52,059 nucleotides of DNA, taken from IMG/VR virus record IMGVR_UViG_3300036792_000274, positions 1-52,059 of that record. One strand, 5' to 3'. Shown piece by piece: positions 26,422-37,161 of the stretch. The notes under the pieces are model-generated. The model did not search any database and was not told the origin of the DNA. It saw only the letters and a list, made by a program, of their open reading frames with translations. The position numbers were made by a program, and so were the translations under genes. Position 1 is the stretch's first letter. Each line of letters begins with the position of its first letter. The stretch comes from a virus. Lineage: Duplodnaviria > Caudoviricetes.

Positions 26422-27044
26422 GCGGCCAGAAGATCACCACCAAATTCGCGCTGGGGCAGCAGGTATGGAAGCTCAGCGAGGACCGCGGCGGGAACGCCTT
26501 CGAGTTGCCCTGCCGCTTCTGTCGGGGCCGCGGCAGCTTCACCGTGACGGGCGCCGGCGAGTCGACCGGGATCGTCGATTGCCCTGAATGTCGCGGCCAC
26601 CGTCACGACGGCGTGGGCGGTGGGCTCGGTCGCCCGGCGACGATCCGCTTCGGCCGGGTGCCGCGCTGGCGCGCGACGGGGCCGCTGACGATCGGTTCGA
26701 TCGAGGTCAAGGTCACTGACCGGGAGCGGGCTAACGCCGAGCACGGCAACCAGTGGGTGGACCGCGACGGCGAGCGCTATATGTGCTGGGAGACGGGCGT
26801 TGGCAGCGGCAGCGTCTACGGCGATTCGGTGGCGATCTTCGCCACCCAGCAGGAGGCCGAGGACGAGGCCGAGCGGAAGACCGAGGCGGCTCTAGCGGGT
26901 GACGGGTGGACGCCCAGCCACGAAGAATTGCGCGTGGCGACCAGCTTCCTAGACCACCGCGACGTGTACGAGCATGAGCCCGAGCACGTCGAAACGGCCG
27001 AGCGGATCATCGAAGCCTTCAACGCCGCACACGAGCGCCGCTAG
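26418..27044 (+). CDS. Protein with DnaJ-type zinc finger
   Basis: CRFCRGRG...CPECRG; AGGAGG SD. Confidence 0.75.
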   Translation: MSGQKITTKFALGQQVWKLSEDRGGNAFELPCRFCRGRGSFTVTGAGESTGIVDCPECRGHRHDGVGGGLGRPATIRFGRVPRWRATGPLTIGSIEVKVTDRERANAEHGNQWVDRDGERYMCWETGVGSGSVYGDSVAIFATQQEAEDEAERKTEAALAGDGWTPSHEELRVATSFLDHRDVYEHEPEHVETAERIIEAFNAAHERR

Positions 27045-27449
27045 ATGCCCGGCGAAGGCAAACGCGCCCTGCTCTACCGCGAGAAGCGTGAAGACGCCGA
27101 GCGGTGGACCAGCTGGAAAGTCGCCGAGCTCGGCATCCCGTCGCTGCTCGCCAAGGCGCAGGATCGCCCCGATGAATACGAGGTCGAAGAGGTCGTCGCG
27201 ATCGACTCTCTGCCGCAGGCCGCGATCGACGCGATCAGCGGCAAGGAGCCGGACGGCCTCAACGGCGTCGAGCATGTCGAAGTCGTCGCGATCCTGAACG
27301 CCGTGCTCGACGCGGCAGGCCCCGCGCTCCCCCGCGAGATCGCGGCGGGGGCCCGAGGCTGGCTGGAGACTCACCACCCGGCGCCGACCGCCTACATGGC
27401 CGCGATGCGGTCGATGGCCGAGGGCGCCTCAACCGAGGAAGGCAGCTGA
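27045..27449 (+). CDS. Hypothetical protein
   Basis: Operon tiling. Confidence 0.65.
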   Translation: MPGEGKRALLYREKREDAERWTSWKVAELGIPSLLAKAQDRPDEYEVEEVVAIDSLPQAAIDAISGKEPDGLNGVEHVEVVAILNAVLDAAGPALPREIAAGARGWLETHHPAPTAYMAAMRSMAEGASTEEGS

Positions 27450-27856
27450 TGGCGACCTACGAACTCGTCGGCTTCAACACCGACGCCCGCTACCGCGACG
27501 ACGTGCGCTGGCGGGAGTACACGACCAGCGCGAAACGGGCCGACGAATTCGGCCAGATCCGCAAGATTCAGTTCTCCGACTCCGGCCACGGGATCGTCTT
27601 TGAAGCCCGCGAGCTCCCGCCCGGGGCGCGGCGCAAGCCGGTCGTCCACGGCGTGACGTCGCACGTCCCCGGCGAACTGGTCCGAATCAAGCGCGAGATG
27701 AAGCTCCCGCAGGAGGTCCGCGACCTCCTCTACTGGGCGCGCGCCGTGGTCGGCCGCGCCGGCGCGCCGAGCGACGACGTGCTGGAGAACCACCCGCACG
27801 AGGTTCCCGGCGACCTCTACGACCGCTTCTACGCCGCGGTGCGGAAGCTTGGCTGA
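27449..27856 (+). CDS. Hypothetical protein
   Basis: TGATG overlaps. Confidence 0.7.
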   Translation: MATYELVGFNTDARYRDDVRWREYTTSAKRADEFGQIRKIQFSDSGHGIVFEARELPPGARRKPVVHGVTSHVPGELVRIKREMKLPQEVRDLLYWARAVVGRAGAPSDDVLENHPHEVPGDLYDRFYAAVRKLG

Positions 27857-28362
27857 TGAAGATCAACCCGATCCCGAAGATCACTCCGTTCCCGGTCGGC
27901 CCTGAAGTCGACGGCGACCGCGTGGAGGTCGTCACGCTCGCCGAGCACGAGCACGTCGTCGACCACCTGCGCGAACAGCGGGACTCGCTCGACGGCGAGC
28001 TCGAGGCGGTGCGCCGACTTCTCGACGCGGCGCCGCAGGAAAGCGCGGTCGCCGCGGCGATGAAGGTCAAGCGTCAGCGCGAGTGGGAATCGGAGCGCAT
28101 TCGGAACGCGCCGGTCGTGGAGGCGCCCGTCGACGGCGACGCCCAGCAGGAACGCAAGCGCGCCGAGAAGGCCGAAGGCATCCTGATCAGGCGGGCGATG
28201 GCCGTAGGCCCGGGTCCCTGGAATCTCGACAACCTCTCGGAGTGGACGGGGCTCGACCGCGACCGGACCGAGCAGGCGCTCGACCGGCTCGAAGACGAGG
28301 GCGTCGTCATGCCCGAAGTCGCCGGCCGCGATCGTCCTCACTGGCAGTTGGTGACCGACTGA
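27856..28362 (+). CDS. Coiled-coil plus C-terminal winged-HTH protein
   Basis: LDNLSEWTGLDRDRTEQALDRLEDEGVV. Confidence 0.6.
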   Translation: MKINPIPKITPFPVGPEVDGDRVEVVTLAEHEHVVDHLREQRDSLDGELEAVRRLLDAAPQESAVAAAMKVKRQREWESERIRNAPVVEAPVDGDAQQERKRAEKAEGILIRRAMAVGPGPWNLDNLSEWTGLDRDRTEQALDRLEDEGVVMPEVAGRDRPHWQLVTD

Positions 28363-28754
28363 TGGGCGTGCTCGAGGAGATCGCCGCCGCCCACCCCGAT
28401 CGCGCCAGCGAGAAGGCCCGGGACAAAGAGCGGGCCGAATTCGCGAAGCGGATGAAGGACGCCGCGCACCTGGCGGACGGTCGCCGCGGGGCGATGCGGG
28501 CGGCCAAGGAAATCACCGGCAAGGTGATCTTCCCCGGCCGCTGGGATGCCGAAGAGACGCGCGACCGGACCTACGGCTACGGCGTGCGGTGCTGGACGCG
28601 CTGGGAACGCCTGCGGCTGGTCTGCATGTACTTCGGGCCCAACGATCGCGGCTGGCCGACCTACCTGTTCACGGTCGAACACGCGGGGGAGTCGGCCAAG
28701 GTGACGTCGCAGGCCGACCTCGCCGCCGCACTTCGCCGCTGGGGGCTGGTCTGA
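28362..28754 (+). CDS. Hypothetical protein
   Basis: TGATG overlaps. Confidence 0.65.
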   Translation: MGVLEEIAAAHPDRASEKARDKERAEFAKRMKDAAHLADGRRGAMRAAKEITGKVIFPGRWDAEETRDRTYGYGVRCWTRWERLRLVCMYFGPNDRGWPTYLFTVEHAGESAKVTSQADLAAALRRWGLV

Positions 28755-29113
28755 TGGTCAGCGTGACGCTCACCCAGATCGGCGAGTTCATGGCCGAGCT
28801 CGACCGCGACCTCACGCAGCTGGGGCGCCCGATCGTCCGCGTCTCGAAGGTCACCCGGCCGACGATGGGCTCGACCCTCACGGCCGTCTCGGTCGAAGCC
28901 GGCTACGTCGTGGCGGGCGAGGTCGTCAGGCTGCGGCTCTACGCCGGATCGCTCTGGGGCGTGGAGAACACCGACGCCGAGACGCAGGACCGCGCGACGG
29001 CGCTGCTCCGCGAGATCGAGGACGGCATCGCCGACCGCGGGTTGCAGGTGCGCGCCGGGCTCTATGACGAGATCGTCGAGGGCAGATCGTCGGGGGGGGG
29101 GGCTCGTAGATGA
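28754..29113 (+). CDS. Hypothetical protein ending in a G11 tract
   Basis: TGATG overlap; tiling. Confidence 0.65.
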   Translation: MVSVTLTQIGEFMAELDRDLTQLGRPIVRVSKVTRPTMGSTLTAVSVEAGYVVAGEVVRLRLYAGSLWGVENTDAETQDRATALLREIEDGIADRGLQVRAGLYDEIVEGRSSGGGARR

Positions 29114-29358
29114 GCCTGATACCCGCAGGAGCACGCCTCGCCGTGGTCGACCCGCCAGCGGACCCGCCGACCGGCCTGATCCTGCCGCCGGGGGTTGAGG
29201 ACTTGGAACGCGGGGTCGTCGTGGAGGTCGGCAGCGAGCCGGGCGTCTTCGCCAAGGGCGACGTGATCTTCTTCCCGACCGGGCGGTTCACGAAGGTCGG
29301 CGACGTGAAGATCGTCGCCGTCGACCATGTGCTCGCCTACGAGGACGACGGACGGTGA
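29110..29358 (+). CDS. groES: GroES-like co-chaperonin
   Basis: P.G.RL.V, TGLILP mobile loop, GVVVEVG, GDVIF, HVLA motifs; 82 aa. Confidence 0.75.
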   Translation: MSLIPAGARLAVVDPPADPPTGLILPPGVEDLERGVVVEVGSEPGVFAKGDVIFFPTGRFTKVGDVKIVAVDHVLAYEDDGR

Positions 29359-31471
29359 GCGCGCGGCCCAAACCGCGGCTCGCCGACGCCGACCTGGCCG
29401 TGATCCGCGCGGCGATCGTCTCGGCGACGTCGACGGCGGACGCGGACAAGATCGTCGACCGGCTCTGGGCGAAACTCGAAGGCGACATGCAGGACCGCAT
29501 CAACGTCCTGATCGACGCCGCGCTCGGGACGGTCGAGTCGAAGGGCAAACGATGGGAGACGCTACGGCGGCCGCTCGAGCACCTGCGCGGGCGCGAGGTC
29601 GCGGCGACGTCGACCAAACAGCTAAAGGAGGGTCCCTGGCATGGGCGGTAAACGCGGTGAACGATCGACGGGCGGCAAGGCACCCACGGAGCGCGCGGCG
29701 GCCGAGCGCGAAGAGGAGGACTTCGCCGATCTCCTCGCCGCCCAGAAGGCGCCGGCGCAGCCGTCGAGCACTCTCTTGAAGCGGCCGCCCCAGCTGCCGC
29801 CGATGGTCAACATCAAGGACGGCGACGGTGGCTGAGCGCACCTGGCGGGACAACTACGCCGGGCCCGTCACGCAGCTGCGCCGCTGCGCCGAGCCTTGGT
29901 GGCGGCACACCTGCGAGGACGGCCACAGCTGGCAGGAGTGGGCGGACGGCACCGTCTCGCCCTCCTACGGGCTCGGCGGCACGCGGGAGACGTGGCCGGG
30001 CTACGACCCGCACACCTGCCCGGAGCCGGAGCGCTTCACCCGGCTCGACCTCAACGAGTTCGGCGCGACGGTCGCATGCTCCAGCTGCGGGGAGATCGCG
30101 GCGCCCGGCGACCTCATGCCGGGGCTGTCGTCGTCGCCCTACGACGCATGGGCCGAGGCGAAGGCGACCGGCCACGACCACACCGCGCCCGTCCCGGTCT
30201 GCCTCAAGCCGCCCGTGCGGACGCTGGAGTGGGTCGAAGTCCACACCCTGATCTACCGCGAGGGCAAGGGCAAGTTCGGCAAGTCGCCGGGCTGGACGCA
30301 CGGCCTGGTCCCCATCGAGGAGATCGACGCCCTGCTCGGCGAGCCGGCGCCGGTCGGCCAGCAGTCGATCTTCTCGGACGCCGAGCGCGAGAAGGCGCTC
30401 GCGATGCTGAAGGCGCAGCGATGAGGCGGCGACGTCGCCAGCCGCTCGGCACCGGCTACGCGATCCTGCGCGACGACGGCACCTGGTACGCCGCCGGCGA
30501 CTCCGTGAAGACGTTCTGGCGCGACCGCGTGCGGGAGTCCGCGATCTTCGACGCCGAAGCCACGGCGGCCGAGATCATCGACCGCAAACTCACGACGATG
30601 CTGCCGCTCGCCACCTTCGAGATCGTCCCCGTCGACCGAGACGCGGTGTTCGGCCGTGGCTAGGGCGACGATCATCACCGTGACGGTCAAGGGCGGCAGC
30701 GACCGCCGGCAGATCGAACTCGCGACCTACCTGGCGCGGATCGCCCGGGCGGCCGCTGACGGGCTCTGGGAGGACGTCACGGTGGAGATCCCGGCGCTGA
30801 GCGACATGCGCCCGCGGATGGTCCAGCCGCGGAAGGCCGACCGTGGCTAGGGTCGGCAAACTCCGGCACCGCGACGGGCGCCTGGTCGTCGAAGGGATGA
30901 CGGGCGAGATCATCGCCGAGGTCGAGCCCGACGACAACATGACGATCGACACCACGGGGCTGATCGCCGCCGAGCTCGCCAAGCGCTACAAGCTCGACGG
31001 TGCCGTCCCGCCGGGCTTCACCCTGGAGGGCGCGATCTCGGTCACCTGGTACCAAACGATCGACGACCCGGGCGGCTTTATCGACGCGAACGCGATCGAC
31101 GTCGAGGCCCGCGAGGTCGAGGCACCGCGGCGGCCGGAGCTCGAGCAGTGACGCTCTTCTACCTCAGCTTCGTCGACGACACGGGCTGGCTCGGCGCCTG
31201 CTACATCGAGGCGCCGATCATCGAGCTCGCGCCGATCGCCGCCCACGCGCAGGGCTGCAACCCCGGCGGGGAGATCGCCATGTGGGACGTCGACTTCCTC
31301 GCCGCCGGGGTAGGCGACGAGTGGCGCAACCGGCTCTTGGACAAAGCCGACCTCCGGCGTATGGATCGCGTCTTCGGCGGCAAAGGGGAGACGGTCGGCG
31401 GCACGCCCGAGGATCTGACCGACTGGCTGAACGACGGCGAGGCGCCCCCGGAGGCGGTCGACGGTGGCTAA
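29355..31471 (+). CDS. Run of seven small hypothetical genes (29355-29651, 29641-29835, 29828-30424, 30421-30663, 30656-30850, 30843-31151, 31148-31471)
   Basis: Tightly overlapping start/stop tiling; no recognisable family. Confidence 0.6.
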
Positions 31472-32000
31472 GCCGAAGGCGCCGCGGTGGCTGACGGAGG
31501 CATTCGCGGACGGCGTGGTCGACCTCGTGCGCCAGGACCACTTCGACCTCCTGCCCGACCGCCGCCCGCCCTGCTTCCTCAGCTACTTCGACCCCGACCG
31601 CCGCGGCTGCGAGGGCGAGTTTGAACGCTTCCACTTCATCGGGCGCCAGCGGGTCGAACACGCGCTGGGCGTGCTGATGCCGGCGGCCGGGGAACGGTGC
31701 CCTTGGTGCAGCGGCCGCGGGTGCGATCCGGGGAACGTCCTCGCCGACTGCCCGACCTGCGGCGGCAGCTGCGTCACAGCGCCGGTCGACTTCGACTCGA
31801 CGCCCCTGATCCTCGTTGCCGCCTGGGACCCTCGCAACGGCGGGATCGGCTGCGAACAGCACCACCGCCGGTTCGACGACCACCAAGTCTCGCTGCCCCG
31901 GAACCGGATAGTTATCCCACTCTCGGCGCTGCCCGGCAGGGTGGTCGCCTTCGCGGGCGACTACGGCCTGGAGTCCGAGCTCGAGCGGAAATTCCGATGA
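31464..32000 (+). CDS. HNH-like protein with inserted DnaJ-type zinc finger
   Basis: C..GCEG...FHFI....DPRN...CEQHH..FD frame with CPWCSGRG...CPTCGG insert. Confidence 0.5.
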   Translation: MAKPKAPRWLTEAFADGVVDLVRQDHFDLLPDRRPPCFLSYFDPDRRGCEGEFERFHFIGRQRVEHALGVLMPAAGERCPWCSGRGCDPGNVLADCPTCGGSCVTAPVDFDSTPLILVAAWDPRNGGIGCEQHHRRFDDHQVSLPRNRIVIPLSALPGRVVAFAGDYGLESELERKFR

Positions 32001-32236
32001 TCCGTCCGACCGGCGCCCCACCCTCCGCGCAGGTGATCCCCCTGCAAAGTGCGGTCAAGCCCAGAGCCGAAACGCCTGTCGTCGTCGCCCGCCACGGCGG
32101 CCGCTGCTCGGGCTGCCGCGGCGCGATCCGGCTCGACGAGGAGATTCAGCGCGTAGAACGCGGCTGGCACCACGTCGAGTGCATCCCGTGGGAAACCATC
32201 CCCTTCGCCCCCCGGCGCCGCGAGGACGTCGCGTGA
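31997..32236 (+). CDS. Small zinc-finger protein
   Basis: ARHGGRCSGC...HVEC. Confidence 0.65.
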   Translation: MIRPTGAPPSAQVIPLQSAVKPRAETPVVVARHGGRCSGCRGAIRLDEEIQRVERGWHHVECIPWETIPFAPRRREDVA

Positions 32237-32418
32237 CGCCGCTCTGCCCCGTCTGCGGCAAGCCACTCGGGACCGGCGAGCCGATCGTCATGCTCGAGGA
32301 CGACGACTACGGTTTCGTCCACGTCCACGAGCACTGCGCCGATCCCCACGACGCCGAGACGGCGATCTCCAACGGCAGCTACGACCCCGGAGAAGACTAC
32401 CCGCACGGTGCGTACTAA
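32233..32418 (+). CDS. Small zinc-finger protein
   Basis: CPVCGKPL...HEHC. Confidence 0.65.
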   Translation: MTPLCPVCGKPLGTGEPIVMLEDDDYGFVHVHEHCADPHDAETAISNGSYDPGEDYPHGAY

Positions 32419-32420
32419 AG

Positions 32421-32451
32421 GGTTGACGCTCGGCTAGGTTTTCAGTAGGGT
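32421..32451 (+). promoter_or_regulatory. Sigma70-type promoter with operator, recombination operon
   Basis: TTGACG 32423-32428, 17 bp, TAGGGT 32446-32451; cggctaggttt as at 2070. Confidence 0.8.
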
Positions 32452-32498
32452 CGAGCGATCCGTTTGTCGATCCTCTCCCCGACCGAATAGGAGTCCCG

Positions 32499-33584
32499 AT
32501 GCCCGATCAACCCGCCTCGCCGGCGGTCGCCGAGGTCGTGCCCGCAGGCGCAGGCCCACAGGTCGACCCGCTGCTCCCGGCCGCCGAGGTCACCCTCCCG
32601 CCCGGCGTCCAGCCGTCCCGCAACTACCTCGCCGCGGTCGAGCTCGGGCACGTCCTGGCGGCCTCGAACTACTACCGCGACGCGACCGACCCCGCGCAGG
32701 CGGCCGTCAAGGTGATGATCGGGATGGACCTGGGAGTCTCGCCCACCGCGGCGATTCAGGGCATCCACACGATGGAGGAAAACGGCAAGGTCATCTTCCT
32801 GACCGAAACCAAGCTGCTCGCCGCCGTGGTCAAAGGGCGCCCCGACGTCGAATACAAGATCGTCAAACGCGAACCCGAGTTCTTTGAAGCGGAATTCCTG
32901 CGGCGCAACGCCGAGGGCGAGTGGGAGGCCGAGGGGCCGAACATCAGCTGGACCCTCGAGCACGCACGCAAAGTCGTCAAAGGGTTCGACAAAAAGCCGA
33001 CGTGGAAGTTCAACGGAATCGTGATGCTCGGCTGGCGCGTGCTCTCGGAGGGGTTCCGGCTCTACTTCCCCGACGTCCTCGCCGGTCAGCCGATCTACAC
33101 GCTGGAGGAGTTCGACGCCGACGCCGACGACATGCGGCTGAAGGAGGCGATGGCGCCGGCCAAACCCGTCCCGCTGAACGACGCGAAGGCCGAGAATCTG
33201 CGCGAGGAAGCGCGGAAGGTCTACGACGAACTGAAGGCGATCAACCCCGACCGCCTGGTCGCCGGTCGCTTCGCCCAGATGGTCGCCAGCGCCGAGCACT
33301 CGCACGCCCGGCTCGAAACGGTCGTCGGCTCGCTGGTCGACCTCCGCGACACGGAGAAGACGATCGCCGAGCGCAGCGCCGAGCTCGAGGAGTTGGTCGG
33401 CGAGAAAGAGGCCAAGCCGACGATCGAACGCGCCGAGCGCCGCGGCAGCAACCGCGACCGGATCGCCGTGCTCGACAAGGCCATCGCCGAGGTCAAGGCC
33501 AAGGAAGAGAAACCGGCGGACGGCGAGGCGCCCGAGGCCCCGGCCGAGGCGCCCGTCGACGGCGACGCTCCCGCCGATGCCTAG
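32499..33584 (+). CDS. RecT-like single-strand annealing protein
   Basis: AAVKVMIGMDLGVSP..AIQGIH...GK and FPDVLAG..YT.EE motifs; near exonuclease; AGGAG SD. Confidence 0.65.
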   Translation: MPDQPASPAVAEVVPAGAGPQVDPLLPAAEVTLPPGVQPSRNYLAAVELGHVLAASNYYRDATDPAQAAVKVMIGMDLGVSPTAAIQGIHTMEENGKVIFLTETKLLAAVVKGRPDVEYKIVKREPEFFEAEFLRRNAEGEWEAEGPNISWTLEHARKVVKGFDKKPTWKFNGIVMLGWRVLSEGFRLYFPDVLAGQPIYTLEEFDADADDMRLKEAMAPAKPVPLNDAKAENLREEARKVYDELKAINPDRLVAGRFAQMVASAEHSHARLETVVGSLVDLRDTEKTIAERSAELEELVGEKEAKPTIERAERRGSNRDRIAVLDKAIAEVKAKEEKPADGEAPEAPAEAPVDGDAPADA

Positions 33585-34400
33585 CCCGGCCGAAGAACAC
33601 CGCCGCCGGGTGACGATGCAGCGGGCGTCGGAAATCAAGCCGCGCCACTACAAGCCGCCGGCGAAGCAGCCGAAGGGCAACCGCACCTTCGCGCGGAAGG
33701 GGCCGGTGCGGCGTGTCTGATTCCGATCTCGGCAACGTCGGCGTGCAGCGGGAGGTCCACAGCTACGAGCGCGTCCAGGCGTTCGACGCGCCCGATCCGA
33801 CGTGGGTGGCGATCCTCAGCTGCGGCCACGAGGCCAAGCTGACCGCCGAACCGACCCACATCGGCCGGGCCCGCGGCGGCCGCTACATGGACTGCCCCGC
33901 CTGCACGGCGCTCTCGAAGGCGCAGTCATGAGCGTGCGCCTGGAGACGGTCACGGCGACGATGAGCTACCACACGACGGCGATCGTCGACGGCGACCGGG
34001 ACCGCAAGCGCGTGGAGGTCCAGATCCCGACGACCTATTCCTGGCGGGCCACGGACGGCGACCGGATTCTCTTCGTCGGCCAGCAGGCGTTCTACACCCG
34101 CGAGGAGGCCGAGGACGACTGCCGCGAGGTCATGCTCGACGTGCTCGACCTCGAAGTCGTCAACGTGGAGACGGGACCATGAGCGACCCGACGCCGCAGG
34201 AGCGGGCCCGCGACGCGATCTACGAGGGCATCGCGGCTCAGGCGGCCCAGCGCGACCCCGACGTCCTCAAGGAACTCGCCGAGGCGTACGCGAAGGTCAC
34301 CTGGGGCGCTCAGGGCGCCTATTCGTACGAGGCCGACTACCACCACACCGAGCACGGCGGCGAGCCGCGCCCGAGGCCGGAGGCTGGTTTCCGTGGCTGA
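33577..34400 (+). CDS. Four small hypothetical genes (33577-33720 basic, 33713-33931 zinc ribbon, 33928-34182, 34179-34400)
   Basis: Overlap tiling; LSCGH...CPAC in 33713-33931. Confidence 0.6.
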
Positions 34401-35700
34401 TCTCACCGTGCGTCCCGAATGGCGCAACCTGCCGCCCGTCACCGAGGCCGAACAGCCGGTCGTCGGCGAGGGCTGGCAGCCGTCGCAGACGTTCCTCAAG
34501 CACCACGACCGTTGCGACCGCGCCGCCATGCTCTATCTGATCCACGGGGGCGGCGCCGGGTCCCACCCGCTGAACCGCGGGGCGATCTGGCACGACGTCG
34601 CCGCGCGCCTCACCCAGCACGCGATCAGCCAGCCGGACGGCGGCGAGCCGAAGGTGCAGAGCGTCGAGATCGGCAAGGAATTCCTGCTCGACTACCTGCG
34701 GGAAAACCCCCACCTGCAAGTCTCGGCGGTCGAGCGCGACGCCCTCCGCTACATGATCGCCAACTTCTGCATGGGCGAGGTCTGGGACCCGGGCAAGATC
34801 GTCGCCCTGGAGACGACGGTGACGCTCCAGATCGGGCGCTGGACGATCATCTGCCGGATCGACCGCGCCGAAACCATCGGGCCGGGCTTCCTCGAAGTCG
34901 TCGACTACAAGACGTCGTTCTCGCTCGAAGACGGCGAGGAATTCAAGGGCGAGTCCTACGACGAAAACGGCGAGCCGCGCTTCGCCGGGAACTTTCAGAC
35001 GATGCTCTACGCCCTGGCGCTCGCCGAGGGACTGCTCGACGACGGCCTGCCGCTCGGCGAAGACTTCGACCGCTTCAAGCTGCGGCTCGCCTACCCGCGC
35101 TACCTGCGCGACCGCGACACGCTCCCGCGCCTCGCCGCCCGCGAAGTGGTCGTCACCCGCAAGCAGCTGCTCGACTTCAGGATCGACATCGAACTCCAGT
35201 TGGAACGCCTGGAGGCGGTCAACTTCGGCGAACGCCGCTGGCAGCCGACGCCGGGCTCCCACTGCGCGGAGTGCCCGGCCGAGTACGCCTGCCCGCTGCC
35301 GCGCATCCTGCGGCCCGAGAGCCAGCACGCGAACCTCACGTCGATCGACGATCTCGAAAAGGCCGCGGCCGCCTGGTACTTCATGTCGCGCCGCAACGAA
35401 AACCTCAAGCGCCGGCTGAAGAAGGGCGCCGAACGGATCGGCGATCTCGACCCGGGCGCGCTGGAGATCGGCGACGAGGACGGCAACAAAGGCGTGCGGA
35501 TCGGGAACGACCTGGCGCTGCTCTTCTTGGCGAAGGAATCGAAAACGATCCCCGACAAGGAAGAACTCGAACGCGCCGTCACCCAGGCGGTGGAGTACGG
35601 CGAGAAGTTCGACATGGCCGAGCACATCCGCGTCTCGGAATCGACCGAATTTGCCAAACGAAAGGTGCCCCCCAGGCGCCAGAACGGAGGATCGAAGTGA
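34393..35700 (+). CDS. PD-(D/E)XK (RecB/Cas4-like) exonuclease
   Basis: RID...VVDYKT, Q..LY, C..C.....C cluster motif. Confidence 0.85.
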   Translation: MADLTVRPEWRNLPPVTEAEQPVVGEGWQPSQTFLKHHDRCDRAAMLYLIHGGGAGSHPLNRGAIWHDVAARLTQHAISQPDGGEPKVQSVEIGKEFLLDYLRENPHLQVSAVERDALRYMIANFCMGEVWDPGKIVALETTVTLQIGRWTIICRIDRAETIGPGFLEVVDYKTSFSLEDGEEFKGESYDENGEPRFAGNFQTMLYALALAEGLLDDGLPLGEDFDRFKLRLAYPRYLRDRDTLPRLAAREVVVTRKQLLDFRIDIELQLERLEAVNFGERRWQPTPGSHCAECPAEYACPLPRILRPESQHANLTSIDDLEKAAAAWYFMSRRNENLKRRLKKGAERIGDLDPGALEIGDEDGNKGVRIGNDLALLFLAKESKTIPDKEELERAVTQAVEYGEKFDMAEHIRVSESTEFAKRKVPPRRQNGGSK

Positions 35701-36236
35701 GCGACGACGCAGGGACCATGAAGGCCGAGGTCGATCTCGGTCGCATCTTCGCCGACAGCGACTTCGGCGAGACGATCGCCGACCGGATCATCGACGCGGC
35801 GGCTGACCTCCTGGTCCGCGAAGCGGGCGTCAAGGTCACGGAGGGGCTGGCGGGGGAGATCACCAAGGCCCGCGAGCGGGTGATCGACGAGAAGCTGGAG
35901 GCGATCATCACCGAGGCGCTGACGAAGCCGATCAAACGCACCGACCAGTTCGGCCAGGACCGCGGCGGCGAGCCGGTCACGCTCAACGAGCTCGTGGTCA
36001 AACGCTTCGAGCAGTACCTCCAGCGGGCGGTCAAACCCGACGTGGGCGGCCGACCCAGCTACGGCGGCAACCCGACCGTGCTGGAGAAGATGATCGACGA
36101 CGCGATCGGGCGGCAGTTCACGGGCGAGATCAAGAAGGCGGTCGACGAGGCCACCGAGCAGGCGCGCGCCGCGGTCCAGACGTCGGCGGCCGAGATCCTG
36201 GCCGAGACGATCCGGCGGTCGGGGGCGCGCCTCTGA
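35697..36236 (+). CDS. Hypothetical helical protein
   Basis: GGAGG SD; GTGA overlap. Confidence 0.7.
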   Translation: MSDDAGTMKAEVDLGRIFADSDFGETIADRIIDAAADLLVREAGVKVTEGLAGEITKARERVIDEKLEAIITEALTKPIKRTDQFGQDRGGEPVTLNELVVKRFEQYLQRAVKPDVGGRPSYGGNPTVLEKMIDDAIGRQFTGEIKKAVDEATEQARAAVQTSAAEILAETIRRSGARL

Positions 36237-36703
36237 TGGCCGAGCAGACCAGCGGCTACAACTACCGGGTACTCGCGCTCGCCGCGCCGGGGACGATCGG
36301 CGAGTCGGACTTCCCCGGCATCTACGACCTTGGCTGGCACCGCGGCCGCACGCCCACCGCGGCGGTCGAGGCGGCCTGCGAGGCGAACGGGCTTCCCGAG
36401 ACGGCGACCGGCACGGTGGTCGCCGTCGCCGAGCGCCAGTGGAACGAACGGCAGGCCAAGAAACAGATGGTCCCGATCTGGGAGATCGTCGAGGTCACCG
36501 AGGAGAACGGCGCCGCGGCGGACCCGCGCGTCCCCCCGGCCGCCGGCGACGACCTGGCGGACGGGCTCGACCCCGAGCGCGGCTGCGAGTGGACGGAAGA
36601 CGGGCTGACGTGCGAGCACCTGCCTGGCGACCACGGCGAGCACGGGCTCGGCATGTGCCGGGTCGAGAACTGCCCCTGCGGCGGCTACGAACCGAAGCCG
36701 TGA
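36236..36703 (+). CDS. Hypothetical protein with C-terminal Cys/His motif
   Basis: CEH...H...C....CPC. Confidence 0.65.
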   Translation: MAEQTSGYNYRVLALAAPGTIGESDFPGIYDLGWHRGRTPTAAVEAACEANGLPETATGTVVAVAERQWNERQAKKQMVPIWEIVEVTEENGAAADPRVPPAAGDDLADGLDPERGCEWTEDGLTCEHLPGDHGEHGLGMCRVENCPCGGYEPKP

Positions 36704-37161
36704 TCGACGTCAACGACTGGCTCCGCGAGGAGTTGATCCGGCGCGCCGAGGCGGAGGACCCCGAGGAGTGCTGCGGGTTGATCTCGCGCACCCGCAAGGG
36801 GCTCGCGCTCTGGGGCGCCACCAACGTCGCCAAGGACCCGACCGCCGGGTTCGAGATCGCGCCCGGGTCGCTACTCGCGATCATCACCGAGATCGGCAAC
36901 CAGGGCCAGGAGTTGGTCGGCGTCTACCACTCGCACCCGCACGGGCCGGTCACGCCGTCGACGGAGGACATCCTCCTCGCCGGGAACTGGCCCGGCCTGA
37001 CGTGGGTGATCGCCGGCCGCTCGGTCTGCGGCGGCTGCAAAGGCGAGGGCGAGGTCGCCGGGCCCCGGGCGGAGGGCGCGCCCGCGGCCGCCACGGTGAA
37101 GTGCGACGGCTGCGACGGCGCCGGGACCGTCCCCGACGTCTGGGCCGGAGTACTCGCGTGA
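36700..37161 (+). CDS. JAB/MPN (JAMM) metallo-isopeptidase fused to DnaJ-type zinc finger
   Basis: PEECCGLI, YHSHP....PS.ED; CGGCKGEG...CDGCDGAG. Confidence 0.88.
   Translation: MIDVNDWLREELIRRAEAEDPEECCGLISRTRKGLALWGATNVAKDPTAGFEIAPGSLLAIITEIGNQGQELVGVYHSHPHGPVTPSTEDILLAGNWPGLTWVIAGRSVCGGCKGEGEVAGPRAEGAPAAATVKCDGCDGAGTVPDVWAGVLA

Noticed and set aside
34393-35700. Cas4-like nuclease as evidence of a CRISPR system
   Set aside because: No repeat-spacer array or other cas genes seen; the RecT-like neighbour indicates recombination
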